Below, piece after piece: positions 1 through 9,560 of a stretch of DNA of 64,000 bases. The translations under genes and the position numbers were made by a program. Source of the stretch: Clostridia bacterium (lineage in GTDB: Bacteria > Bacillota > Clostridia > Oscillospirales > CAG-272). Location of the stretch: positions 206-64,205 of the forward strand of contig JAFTON010000002.1 in assembly GCA_017463765.1 (NCBI GenBank), read 5' to 3'. Each line of letters starts with the position of its first letter. The first letter of the stretch is position 1. The notes beneath the pieces are model-generated. The model did not search any database and was not told the DNA's origin. It was given only the letters and a program-made list of their open reading frames with translations.

Positions 1-134
1 ATAATCTTTTAGCAAATTGAGATTTTTGGTATATGATTGCGATATGGGCAAACGTTTCTACAAACCGCCGAGAATGGTTGACTACCGAATATTGATCGGA
101 GTTGACATTTATTTTTCGGAGGTTTTTTATTTTT

Positions 135-461
135 ATGAATCCAAAAATCGCACTTGAAGTATTCGGCTATTTCGGCACGGCTCTTGTGCTGCTTTCCTTT
201 GTGATGAAGGATATAAAGTGGCTTAGAGCTATCAATATGGCAGGTGGGTTTATCAGTCTTATTTACGCTATATGTGTAAACACCATGCCTGTGGTTGTGC
301 TTAACGCATCGCTTATCACTATTAACGGCATACAGCTTATAAGAATTCTCAGAGAAGAAAGAAAAAAATGCGCTGTTGTCAATAAAAACGAAGATATCGC
401 ATACGATAAAGAAGATATCGCATACGATAAAGAAAAAAGCAAGAAAGAGGAAAATATATGA
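135..461 (+). CDS. small integral membrane protein, unknown function
   Basis: ORF 102..461. ATG at 135 is more plausible than TTG at 102. The N-terminal two thirds are hydrophobic (about 3 TM helices). The C-terminus carries EDIAYDK twice. The stop overlaps the next start (ATGA at 458-461). Confidence 0.55.
   Translation: MNPKIALEVFGYFGTALVLLSFVMKDIKWLRAINMAGGFISLIYAICVNTMPVVVLNASLITINGIQLIRILREERKKCAVVNKNEDIAYDKEDIAYDKEKSKKEENI
390..431 (+). repeat. perfect 21-bp tandem duplication inside a CDS
   Basis: GAAGATATCGCATACGATAAA occurs twice (390-410 and 411-431). In frame, giving EDIAYDK-EDIAYDK. Confidence 0.9.
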
Positions 462-2161
462 AGCTTATTATAGATGGCACAGAGGTCACCGTTCGTGCCG
501 ACCAATCGCTGCTCGATATAATCAAAGAGATGGGGCTTGTTACCGGCAAGCTGTCTACAGATCCCATTGCCGCGAAAATCGGTGGTGATATATTCACACT
601 TAACTATATTCCCCTTCGCGAGAAGGACGTTCGCCCCGACTCCGAGCGAGTCAGAGAGGCTGTTGCAGCATCGAATGGCGTGGTACGCCTTGTCAGATAT
701 ACCGATCCTGCAGGCGCAGAGGTCTATACCAGAACTGCTCAGTTCGTTATCTTCCTTGCCATAGAGCAGCTCTGGCCAAAATGCGATGCCACAATGAGCT
801 TTACCGTTGGCAGTGGTCTTTACGTTAAGGTAAGTGGTGCCGAGAACTTCTCTGCCGAGCTGCTGCGTGAGCGTGTAGACAAGATAGTTGATGAGGATAT
901 TCCCCTGCTCCGTCACAGGATCAGCACCACAGAGGCTATCGACTATTATAAAAATAACGGTCAGGAGGATAAGGCAAGGCTGCTTTCCTACCGTCCCCTT
1001 TCCACCTTTGACGTTTACACTCACGGGGATTACTCCGACTACTTCTACGGTGAGGTTGCCCCCTCCACCGGATACCTTCGCTCATATGATATACTGGAGG
1101 CAGACGAAGGCTTTATTTTCGTATTCCCACAGAAGAAATGCCCCGACCGTGTTTCGCAGTATAAGGAGCTGCCAAACCTCTTTGCCGTCTGCAACGAGGG
1201 TAAGGAATGGGGCGAGCTTATGGAATGCGAGACGGTTGCCGACCTTAACGAGCTTGTTGAGAACGGTGGCATAAGAGAGCTTATCCGTATAAACGAGGCT
1301 CTTCACGAGAAGAGATTTTCTGCAATCTCCGATGAAATATGCTCAAGAGGCGCGAAGGCAGTTATGCTGGCAGGCCCCAGCTCATCGGGTAAGACCACAT
1401 CGGCAAACCGACTGTCCACCCAGCTTCGCGTTCACGGCAAGAAGCCTATACTTATGAGCCTTGACGACTACTACGTAGACCGTGACAAGATTACACCCGG
1501 TCCCGACGGAAAGGTTGACCTTGAACATATCAACACCATAGATACCGAGCTTTTCGGTCAGCATCTCGAGGCACTGCTCCGAGGTGACGAGGTTGAGCTC
1601 CCCTCCTTCAATTTCAAGAAGGGACGCCGTGAGTGGCTGGGTCACAAGCTCCGTCTTAACGAGAAATCGGTTATTATCGTGGAGGGTCTGCACGCTATGA
1701 ACCCTGTCCTTCTGCCCGAGGGGCTTGATGCGAAGCTTGTATTCCGTCTGTTCGTAACCCCCCTCCTGCCCCTTAACCTTGACAACCACAACCGTATCCC
1801 CTCAAGCTATCTGCGTCTGCTTCGCAGAATTGTGCGTGACTACGAAACCCGTGGCTCGTCGGTTGCTCACACCCTCGATATGTGGCAGTCGGTAAGAGCA
1901 GGCGAGGAAAAATGGATTTATCCCTTCCAGGAGAATGCCGACGTTATGTTCAACAGCTCCACCCTCTATGAGCTTGCAGTGCTGAAAAAGCACATCTTCC
2001 CACTGCTCACCGAGATTGAGCCACATGACGAATGCTATGACCAGGTTCGCTCCATCGTAAAGGTATTAAACTTCGTCCATGAGGCAGACGTTGACTTCGA
2101 AATCCCCCCCACCTCCCTCGTCCGCGAGTTCATCGGTGGAAATACCTTCTACAAAAAGTAA
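458..2161 (+). CDS. uridine kinase/phosphoribulokinase-family P-loop protein with long N-terminal extension
   Basis: 567-aa ORF with Walker A GPSSSGKTT. The C-terminal half is nucleoside-kinase-like. Start is coupled to the upstream ORF. Confidence 0.8.
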   Translation: MKLIIDGTEVTVRADQSLLDIIKEMGLVTGKLSTDPIAAKIGGDIFTLNYIPLREKDVRPDSERVREAVAASNGVVRLVRYTDPAGAEVYTRTAQFVIFLAIEQLWPKCDATMSFTVGSGLYVKVSGAENFSAELLRERVDKIVDEDIPLLRHRISTTEAIDYYKNNGQEDKARLLSYRPLSTFDVYTHGDYSDYFYGEVAPSTGYLRSYDILEADEGFIFVFPQKKCPDRVSQYKELPNLFAVCNEGKEWGELMECETVADLNELVENGGIRELIRINEALHEKRFSAISDEICSRGAKAVMLAGPSSSGKTTSANRLSTQLRVHGKKPILMSLDDYYVDRDKITPGPDGKVDLEHINTIDTELFGQHLEALLRGDEVELPSFNFKKGRREWLGHKLRLNEKSVIIVEGLHAMNPVLLPEGLDAKLVFRLFVTPLLPLNLDNHNRIPSSYLRLLRRIVRDYETRGSSVAHTLDMWQSVRAGEEKWIYPFQENADVMFNSSTLYELAVLKKHIFPLLTEIEPHDECYDQVRSIVKVLNFVHEADVDFEIPPTSLVREFIGGNTFYKK

Positions 2162-2281
2162 GTCATCTCAGGCTCGCATAGCGATGCCTAAAACGCAGAA
2201 AGCAACAAAAAATGCAAACTAAACATAACAAAAACCACCCGTTCAGCTTATGCTTCGGGTGGCTTTAATTTTTTATAGTTC

Positions 2282-4201
2282 TTAATTTTCTTTCGAATAT
2301 GACCAGACTACAGGTAGAAATACAGTTCCGTTTTCATCTATTCCACTGGCGTTCCATGTTTTGATCCAGCCCTCCGGCTTGGTATCGGTTTCACAGTAAA
2401 GGGTCAGTCTGTTGCATTCCATAAACACCGATTTTCCGATAACCGAAACACTTTCGGGGATAACAAGCCTCGAAAGCTTCGAACAGTATGCAAAGGCAAA
2501 AGCACCGAATTCGGTTACAGAGTCTCCGAAATTCACCTCGTTAAGATTTTTACAATGCATAAACGTGCCCTCGCTGATTTTCGTTACTCCATCGGGCAAG
2601 GTAATACTTTCAAGAGAAATACAATTCTCGAACGCACGGTTACCGATTTCGGTCACGCCCTCGGGAATAGTAATGCTTTTAAGCCCCTCACAACGCTCAA
2701 ACGCGCCGTCACCGATCCTTACGATCCCATCGGGAAGAGTAATGCTATCAAGAGAGGTACACAGATAAAAGGTCTCTCCACCAATCTGGGTAATTCCATC
2801 GGGAAGCACTACCTCCTTAAGATCACTCCGTCGACGGAATGCACCACTGGAGATCACCCCTGTATCCTCATGAACGGTTATAGACTCAATATAATCAGGT
2901 ATAGGTTTACAAAACAGATGATAAGGATTTTCCTCATTTCCAAGATAAAGACCACCGTTCCATTCGGTAAAAGCCTCTCTTGGCAGATCACCGAACACCG
3001 AGTGTGAGATTGAAGAAAGAGAGCTCGGAACCGTAACCTTCTTAAGCGCATTACATGCATAGAATGCCGAGCCACTTATACTCTCCACGTTCTCAGGAAT
3101 ATGGATATAGGCAAGCCGATGACAGTTATCAAACGCCATTATTCCTATAGATTTAACCCCCGAGCCTATATGCACGGTAATAAGATTCCTACAACCTCTA
3201 AACATTTCATCTGATATTGCCGTAAGACTGTAGGGCAGAGTCAATTCGATCAGGTTGTCACAGCTTGAAAAGCACATATATCCCACCGACGTAATACCCT
3301 CGGGCAGTGTGATACCGGTAAGACTGTCGCATCCGTAAAACGCCTGATCACCGAGCCGTGTGACGCTTTTTGGAATATTTACCGATTTAAGAGCGCCACA
3401 GGAACGGAAGAGCATATTGCTTATTTCAGTAATGCCGTCGGGAAGTCTTACCTCGGTAAGATTATCGCATTCACAGAATGCCCACTCACCAATGCTCTCT
3501 ACCCCGTCGGGAATATATATGGTTTCAAGCGATTCACATCCCTGAAAGGCGTTGTAGCCTATTTTCTTAAGCCCCTTCGGCAGATCAATTTCAGCAAGTC
3601 TTACGCATTCCCGAAAGGCGTAAATGCCGATTTCACTGACGGAATCCGGAATATCAACGGTGGTCAGCATTTTGCAACCGGCAACCATAGACTCGGGAAT
3701 AAGGGTAAGATTCGACCTGATAATTAATCTCTGAAGCGCGTATGCATTCACGACAGCCGCCACTTCAATCTCGGTAACACTCTCGGGAATAAGCAGACTT
3801 CGTATCTGTACGCCTTCAAATGCGCCATTGCATATTTTCCTTACCGGGAGTCCATCGAACTCCGATGCAATAACTACGTGAAGTTCATCACCATTGTATC
3901 TCGTCACCTCGGCATATTGCCCATCCTTTGCCTTACGGTAAACAACCCCCTCGGTAGAAGGAACGGAATCACATTTCTCGCATGCACCGGAATTCACATG
4001 AAACACGCTCGGTATATTTTCGCGCTCAACCTTGCCACAGTTACACTTTCTTTCGTTTATTCCATCTCTGTCACAGGTCGGCTCGCGCTTAGTATACCAA
4101 TCTCCAAATATATGGTCGTGCTCAGTACATGAAGAAAGAAGAAGGGTAACGATAAACACTACGAAACACAAAACAAAACTTAAAGCTCTTTTCATTCTCA
4201 T
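2282..4201 (-). CDS. BspA-type leucine-rich-repeat surface lipoprotein
   Basis: Lipobox LLLSSC. Many tandem ~23-aa LRR units (IP..V..IG..AF..C..L). N-terminal His/Cys mini-module. Start ATG is ambiguous (4207, 4201 or 4195). Confidence 0.85.
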   Translation of the reverse strand: MRMKRALSFVLCFVVFIVTLLLSSCTEHDHIFGDWYTKREPTCDRDGINERKCNCGKVERENIPSVFHVNSGACEKCDSVPSTEGVVYRKAKDGQYAEVTRYNGDELHVVIASEFDGLPVRKICNGAFEGVQIRSLLIPESVTEIEVAAVVNAYALQRLIIRSNLTLIPESMVAGCKMLTTVDIPDSVSEIGIYAFRECVRLAEIDLPKGLKKIGYNAFQGCESLETIYIPDGVESIGEWAFCECDNLTEVRLPDGITEISNMLFRSCGALKSVNIPKSVTRLGDQAFYGCDSLTGITLPEGITSVGYMCFSSCDNLIELTLPYSLTAISDEMFRGCRNLITVHIGSGVKSIGIMAFDNCHRLAYIHIPENVESISGSAFYACNALKKVTVPSSLSSISHSVFGDLPREAFTEWNGGLYLGNEENPYHLFCKPIPDYIESITVHEDTGVISSGAFRRRSDLKEVVLPDGITQIGGETFYLCTSLDSITLPDGIVRIGDGAFERCEGLKSITIPEGVTEIGNRAFENCISLESITLPDGVTKISEGTFMHCKNLNEVNFGDSVTEFGAFAFAYCSKLSRLVIPESVSVIGKSVFMECNRLTLYCETDTKPEGWIKTWNASGIDENGTVFLPVVWSYSKEN

Positions 4202-4488
4202 ATACATTCCTTTCGATTTTCAAATTGTTTAACCTCGGCTGATCTTTGTGTACTCGCGTTGCATATATAACAAAACCTCAAAAGACGGTTTTAAAACAGA
4301 AATCACGAGCTTTTCTTTATTTAAAACAAATTATATCACATAAAAACTTTCGTGTCAATAATTTAAAAACTTAATTAAAAAAGAGAAAACCGAAGGCTTT
4401 GACCTTAATTTTCTCTTGAGTATTAAATTGTTTAATGAAGCAGTCACTTAAGATAATTATATCATAGTCGGTTGTCTGCATCAAAGTA

Positions 4489-5262
4489 CTAAATTGGCAG
4501 GTCAAGCCTGCTCAGTCTGTCGAGCAGCTCATCATCCTCGGTGGGAATATCCTCGGCAGCCTCTATACGACGGCGAAGCGAAAGCATACGGCTGTCTGTT
4601 TCGGCAATCCTCTCGGCGCATTCCTTAAGCTCGGAGGAAACAAGCTCGGCATCCGGAATCTCCTTTTTATACTTCATCTGATGCTCAAGACTTGCCCAAT
4701 AATCCATGGCAATCGTGCGTATCTGTACCTCAACCTTAACGTTTTTCTTGGTTTCGGAAAGAAACACCGGGATCGATACGATAAGATGCAGGCTGCGATA
4801 GCCGTTCGGCTTCGGATTTTCAATATAATCCTTACGCGCCACAAGCGTTACGTCATCCTGGCTGAGAAGCGAATCGGCGATAAGATAAATGTCGTCAACG
4901 TAGGGGCATATTACACGCACACCTGCGATATCGTTTATATTCTCCTCAATGCTCTCCATACTGAAGGGATATCCACGGCGCAAAAGCTTTTCAATCACGC
5001 TCTCGGTCCTTTTCAGACGGGAAGCGATCGAGCTGATGGGATTACGCTTATATTTCAGCTTGAACTCGCAGTCAAGCACCTCGAGCTTCGTCTTTATTTC
5101 CTTCATGGCGCAGGTGTAGATCATCTGCATTTCCTTGTATTCAACCACCGACCACATCATGCGCTTGGTCTGGTCTATAAGCATATCCATAGCACCACTG
5201 TCGGAAAGCATTTTCATCATACCCATGGCAGTTTTATCCATTAAGGAACGGTCGTCATTCAT
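4489..5262 (-). CDS. small alarmone synthetase (RelA/SpoT-domain GTP pyrophosphokinase)
   Basis: Motifs DIAGVRVICPYVDDIY, YRSLHLIV and VEVQIRTIAMDYWASLEH. An AGGAG lies 8 nt before the ATG at 5262. The longer ORF to 5355 is less likely. Confidence 0.85.
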   Translation of the reverse strand: MNDDRSLMDKTAMGMMKMLSDSGAMDMLIDQTKRMMWSVVEYKEMQMIYTCAMKEIKTKLEVLDCEFKLKYKRNPISSIASRLKRTESVIEKLLRRGYPFSMESIEENINDIAGVRVICPYVDDIYLIADSLLSQDDVTLVARKDYIENPKPNGYRSLHLIVSIPVFLSETKKNVKVEVQIRTIAMDYWASLEHQMKYKKEIPDAELVSSELKECAERIAETDSRMLSLRRRIEAAEDIPTEDDELLDRLSRLDLPI

Positions 5263-5394
5263 AGTCATTTCTCCTTTAGTTGATTTATCTGACATTTTAA
5301 TTATATCAAAAACTGATTTCCATTTCTTGCTTTTTTTATGAACGAATATTAACACCTTGTAAAGAAAAATGCCACGCTTAGTGGCATTTTCATA

Positions 5395-5850
5395 TTATTC
5401 GGCTGCGCTGTCATCATTGGAAACGGCAGGCTCTTTCGATTTTTCGGCTGTGTCGCAGGAATCCCTGTAGATAACGAAACGGCAGAAGAGAAATTCCAGG
5501 ACAAAGTTAAGTATCATCGTCACTGCCTCCACGATTACACCGTTTACACCGAGTCCCTCGATCCACTGCCCACCGACCATGGTGACCGGCGTGAATACTG
5601 CATAGAAGCCGAGGAGCTGTGCCATCGCTTTTGGCACGTTGTTTGCCGACTTGAAGGTAACCTTACGGTTAACGGTAAAGTTCCAGATGATTGAGAGAAG
5701 CAGGCTGACAAGATAAGCAAGCCAATACTTCCAGCTGAATACCTCATAAAACAGAGTAAAGGAGCCGATCTGAATTATTCCTGCGCTGATTGAGATAATA
5801 GTAAATTTCGCAGCACGGATTAGCTCCTTGATTTTTTCTGATTTCTGCAT
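5395..5850 (-). CDS. GtrA-family membrane protein
   Basis: 151 aa with 4 hydrophobic helices and the typical NFTVNRKVTFKS motif between helices. Confidence 0.75.
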   Translation of the reverse strand: MQKSEKIKELIRAAKFTIISISAGIIQIGSFTLFYEVFSWKYWLAYLVSLLLSIIWNFTVNRKVTFKSANNVPKAMAQLLGFYAVFTPVTMVGGQWIEGLGVNGVIVEAVTMILNFVLEFLFCRFVIYRDSCDTAEKSKEPAVSNDDSAAE

Positions 5851-5942
5851 AAAAGTCTTTCTCCTTTCGGAAGTTGCAAGACAATTATAACATATTTGTC
5901 AACAAAAGGCAATACAAATAGCCGATGTTGAGCTTTTGTGAA

Positions 5943-6719
5943 TTATCCAAGCAGGAAGTCCATACACAGCATCAGCGCAAATCCACCGAGAAGCGCATAG
6001 GTTGCGCCACGTTGTGCGCCGTGAGCGTGGGTCTCGGGTATCATCTCATCGGAGATAACGTAAAGCATCGTTCCACCTGCGAAGGCAAGAGCGAATGGCA
6101 ATATTGCCTCCGAAACACTTACGGCAAGATAACCGATAAAAGTACCCACAACCTCTACAAGTCCGGTAAGCGATGCAATAAGCAGCGTACGCTTCTTGCT
6201 CACGCCTGCAGCCAGCATCGGCGCAATAATTACCATACCCTCGGGGATATTCTGAAGCGCAATACCGAAAGCAATAACGAGCGCCCTCGATACGTCGGCA
6301 GGATTACCCGAACCAAAGCCAACACCTGCTGCAATTCCCTCCGGCAGATTATGTATGGCGATAGCCATAACAAAAAGAAGCACCTTTGAAAGACCTGCGT
6401 TTTTGTGTTCCTCGCTATCCACACCTGCAAGAGCATGAAGGTGTGGCACAAGCTTGTCTATAAGGTTAAGGCAGAGTGCGCCAACAAACATTCCCACCAC
6501 GGTCATCAGCAATGCAACGCCAACTCCGTAATCCTCCATACCGTACTCAACAGACGGAATAATAAGTCCGATCACTGCTGCCGCAAGCATTACTCCCGCA
6601 GCAAAGGAAAGTATAATATCCGAAAACTTATGGGATATGTTTTTAAATGCGAAGCCGATAAGCGCACCGATAACGGTTGCGCCACCGACACCTAAGGCTG
6701 TAAGCAATACTAAATCCAT
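5943..6719 (-). CDS. ZIP-family metal (zinc) transporter
   Basis: 258 aa, polytopic. HNLPEGIAAG and QNIPEG ZIP signature motifs. Confidence 0.85.
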   Translation of the reverse strand: MDLVLLTALGVGGATVIGALIGFAFKNISHKFSDIILSFAAGVMLAAAVIGLIIPSVEYGMEDYGVGVALLMTVVGMFVGALCLNLIDKLVPHLHALAGVDSEEHKNAGLSKVLLFVMAIAIHNLPEGIAAGVGFGSGNPADVSRALVIAFGIALQNIPEGMVIIAPMLAAGVSKKRTLLIASLTGLVEVVGTFIGYLAVSVSEAILPFALAFAGGTMLYVISDEMIPETHAHGAQRGATYALLGGFALMLCMDFLLG

Positions 6720-6786
6720 TATTAATATCCTTTCGCTGCCTCCACCGAACTAAAGGCAGAAGGGCGAGTTTCCTCGCCCTGTTTTT

Positions 6787-7296
6787 TTATAAAACCAGAC
6801 TGGGTGCGCTGTAAACTCTCGCTGCAAGCTCCTGGTTAAGCATATAGAGACTCTTAGGATCAGAGCCGAAAAGCTCCATCTTGGTAATCATATCGTTAGC
6901 GTTGGTCTCCTCCTCGCCCTGCTCCTTAACAAACCAATCAAGGAACTGCATGGTACGGAAGTCATGGATCTTATAAGCCTCGGCATAGATATCGTGAATA
7001 AGGCTGGTAACGTACTTCTCATGCTCAAGGCCTGCCTCAAGAACTGCCATATGGCTGTTAAGCTCCTTATCGGGCTTATCAATCGCCTTAAGGGTTACGA
7101 CCTGATTCTCGTTCTGAAGATACTGATAGAAGAGCATTGCGTGATCGCGCTCCTCCTGTGCCTGAATCATATACCAATTTGCAAAGCCGTCAAGTCCAAC
7201 GCGCTTGAAATAGTTAGAAAAATCAAGATAAAGGTATGCGCTGTAAAGCTCTTTGTTAATCTGATCGTTTAAAAGCTCATGTACTCTTTCGTTCAT
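6787..7296 (-). CDS. ferritin (non-haem, ferritin-like diiron)
   Basis: 169 aa. LNDQINKELYSAYLY, QAQEERDHA and LEHEK motifs. Confidence 0.9.
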   Translation of the reverse strand: MNERVHELLNDQINKELYSAYLYLDFSNYFKRVGLDGFANWYMIQAQEERDHAMLFYQYLQNENQVVTLKAIDKPDKELNSHMAVLEAGLEHEKYVTSLIHDIYAEAYKIHDFRTMQFLDWFVKEQGEEETNANDMITKMELFGSDPKSLYMLNQELAARVYSAPSLVL

Positions 7297-7333
7297 TTTT
7301 ATACTCCTTTTGTAAACTTAAGTTCACTTTTTA

Positions 7334-7714
7334 TCAAATATCCACTTTCCAGAGGCCGTGGAGATTACAGTAAGCGTAAACCTCAAGAGGCTTCTCATCG
7401 GCGAGTGCAAAAACAACCTTTGGTTCTTCGCCTGGGTTAAGGTGCTTTCTCTGAACGCCACGATCGGTCTTAAGCTCGATCCAGAGGATAGAGTGCTCCT
7501 CTACCATAGGATGCTCTACCGATCCCACAACAACCTTCACGGTATTTCCCTCTACGGTTGCAACGGGAATGTGCTTCTCACGGCTTGCCTCAACGGTGCC
7601 TGCCTCAATGGGAGTCATCTTCTGACCGCAGCATACTACGGGAACTCCGGAATCATCGATCTTCTCAATTACGTTGCCACACTTTTCACAGATATAAAAT
7701 TTGGTTTTAGACAT
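7334..7714 (-). CDS. dfx: desulfoferrodoxin (superoxide reductase)
   Basis: 126 aa. N-terminal desulforedoxin-like CEKCGN...VVCCGQ, and a C-terminal SOR domain ending in CNLHGLW. Confidence 0.9.
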   Translation of the reverse strand: MSKTKFYICEKCGNVIEKIDDSGVPVVCCGQKMTPIEAGTVEASREKHIPVATVEGNTVKVVVGSVEHPMVEEHSILWIELKTDRGVQRKHLNPGEEPKVVFALADEKPLEVYAYCNLHGLWKVDI

Positions 7715-7784
7715 TATTTTATTCCTCCATAGGTTTGTATTTTTGTTTTGTGATTATATTATAGCATATTTTTTCGCATTTGTG

Positions 7785-7799
7785 TGTGACTTTGTCACA
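7785..7799. promoter_or_regulatory. 15-bp palindrome TGTGAC-TTT-GTCACA, Crp/Fnr-type site in the dfx / MBL-crp divergent region
   Basis: Perfect palindrome. On the minus strand it lies exactly 21 nt upstream of TATAAT (7758-7763) in front of dfx, and there is no -35 hexamer. Confidence 0.6.
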
Positions 7800-7830
7800 T
7801 TTTTTTATTTTTTTTATTATTTTTATTTTA

Positions 7831-7859
7831 TTGACATAAATGGAAAATAGTGCTATAAT
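7831..7859 (+). promoter_or_regulatory. consensus sigma-A promoter of the MBL-hydrolase/crp operon
   Basis: TTGACA-17 nt-TATAAT, preceded by a long T-rich tract (7800-7830). Confidence 0.65.
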
Positions 7860-7886
7860 TTTTATATTAATATATGGAGTGAAAAA

Positions 7887-8648
7887 ATGAGAATAATCTC
7901 ACTTGCAGAAAACACCTCGCGAAGAGATGACATCAGGTCCGAACACGGTCTGTCGCTGTATATTGAGGCGTGTGGAAAGAAAATCCTTTTCGACATGGGA
8001 CAGAGTGATATTTTCTATGATAACGCCCTTGCTCTTGGCGTTGATATTTCCTCGGTAGACATTGCCATAATTTCCCACGGTCACTACGACCACGGTGGTG
8101 GACTTAAAAGGTTTCTTGAGATAAACGGGAGTGCACCGATATATATAAGAAGGACTGCCACCCTTCCCTACTACAACGGTGAAAGATACATCGGACTTGA
8201 TCCAACCCTTACCGATTGTGACAGGCTGATCTTTACCGATGGCGAGCTTTCTGTATGCGAGGGAATACGTCTTGTCTCCATAGACAGTGCGCCGGATGAC
8301 GTTGGCGAAATGAAATTGCGTGTTGGTGACAGATTCATTCCCGACAGCTTTAACCACGAGCAGTATCTGCTTATAGAAGAGGGTGAAAGGCGCACGCTTA
8401 TCAGTGGCTGCTCCCACAAGGGAATTATTGCCATTGCAGAGCATTTTAAACCGAATGTGCTTATCGGTGGATTTCACTTTATGAATATGGAGACGGGAGA
8501 TGAGCTTAAAGAACGCGCCGAAAGACTTGACGCCATAGATTGCGACTACTACACCTGTCACTGCACAGGAGTATTACAGTATGAGTATCTTACCAAATAT
8601 ATAAAAAGGATAAAATACCTGTCGGCAGGCGACAGTATAGAGATTTAG
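7887..8648 (+). CDS. MBL-fold metallo-hydrolase
   Basis: ISHGHYDHGGG metal-binding motif. 253 aa. Confidence 0.8.
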   Translation: MRIISLAENTSRRDDIRSEHGLSLYIEACGKKILFDMGQSDIFYDNALALGVDISSVDIAIISHGHYDHGGGLKRFLEINGSAPIYIRRTATLPYYNGERYIGLDPTLTDCDRLIFTDGELSVCEGIRLVSIDSAPDDVGEMKLRVGDRFIPDSFNHEQYLLIEEGERRTLISGCSHKGIIAIAEHFKPNVLIGGFHFMNMETGDELKERAERLDAIDCDYYTCHCTGVLQYEYLTKYIKRIKYLSAGDSIEI

Positions 8649-8660
8649 GAATCGAAAAAA

Positions 8661-9338
8661 ATGAACGAAACAGAGCTTACTGAATTATTCGAAAAAGCAT
8701 TTCCCTTCTGGGAAGGACTCACCGATTGGGACAGGAACACCTTTATTCACTCATCCCAAAAGGTAAAATTTTCAAAGGGCGCAAACGTACACGACGGTGG
8801 CGAGTGCACCGGTGTTATTCTTATTAAATCGGGCGTGCTGCGCCTTTACCTTTTATCCGACGAAGGCAAGGAGGTCACACTCTACAGGCTTTTCCCCGGA
8901 GAGATGTGCATTTTCTCAGCGTCCTGCGTTCTTGACAGCATAACCTTCGACGTTTTTATTGACGCCGAGGAGGACAGCCAATGCGTCGTTGTGGGTGGCT
9001 GCGCTTATGAGGGTGTGTGGCAGAAATCCGATGCAGTTAAGATTTTCACCTATGAAACTGCGCTCAGCCGTTTTTCCGACGTAATGTGGGTAATGCAGCA
9101 GATACTCTTTATGAGCATGGACAAGCGTCTTGCCATCTTCTTGCTTGACGAAACCTCAAAAAACGGCAGCGATACAGTAAAGCTCACCCATGAGCAGATA
9201 GCAAAATATATGGGCTCTGCCCGTGAGGTCGTAACCCGAATGCTGAAATACTTTGTCTCCGAGGGTCTTATCTCGGCTTCAAGGAGCGAGGGAATAAAGA
9301 TAATTGACAAGAAAAGATTAAGAAGCCTGGCAATCTAA
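8661..9338 (+). CDS. Crp/Fnr-family transcriptional regulator
   Basis: N-terminal cNMP-binding-like beta-roll. C-terminal HTH with SAREVVTRMLK (RE..R, as in the CRP recognition helix). No N-terminal FNR-type Cys cluster. Confidence 0.85.
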   Translation: MNETELTELFEKAFPFWEGLTDWDRNTFIHSSQKVKFSKGANVHDGGECTGVILIKSGVLRLYLLSDEGKEVTLYRLFPGEMCIFSASCVLDSITFDVFIDAEEDSQCVVVGGCAYEGVWQKSDAVKIFTYETALSRFSDVMWVMQQILFMSMDKRLAIFLLDETSKNGSDTVKLTHEQIAKYMGSAREVVTRMLKYFVSEGLISASRSEGIKIIDKKRLRSLAI

Positions 9339-9358
9339 TAAACACGTAATTCAAAAAA

Positions 9359-9381
9359 CCTCCCGAACGGGAGGTTTTTTT
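9359..9381 (+). terminator. intrinsic terminator after the Crp/Fnr gene
   Basis: CCTCCC-GAAC-GGGAGG followed by TTTTTTT, with an A-run upstream. Confidence 0.8.
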
Positions 9382-9411
9382 GCGAGAAAACAAACTCGAA
9401 AATCTGCTCTT

Positions 9412-9560
9412 TCATACGTCGAGTGGGAGAAAGCGAGGTTTTTAACCAAAAATAGCAAGTTTCAGTGCGAAGATAGTTTTGAGGTAAAAAGCTTGATTGC
9501 GACCCGAAGGCGTATTCTCATACGTCGAGTGGGAGAAAGCGAGGTTTTTAACCAAAAATA
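9412..9560. repeat. intergenic repeat family, locus A (43-bp exact direct repeat, period 106 bp; one half copy plus one full copy)
   Basis: TCATACGTCGAGTGGGAGAAAGCGAGGTTTTTAACCAAAAATA at 9412-9454 and 9518-9560. The full copy carries the TTGCGACCCGAAGG core from 9497. Confidence 0.85.

Noticed and set aside
13-55. Possible degenerate fourth copy of the repeat family at the window start (AAATTGAGAT...GATTGCGATATGGGCAAACG).
   Set aside because: It shares AAATTGAGAT, GATTGCGA and GGGCAAACG with the family but lacks the central hairpin and the CGAGTGGGAG box. It is too diverged and too close to the window edge to call.
9412-9560. Possible CRISPR-like array for the three repeat loci (also 55011-55240 and 60732-60883).
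   Set aside because: Only 1.5-2 units occur per locus. The period is 106-116 bp, the sequence between cores is itself conserved rather than behaving as unique spacers, and no cas genes are in the window.
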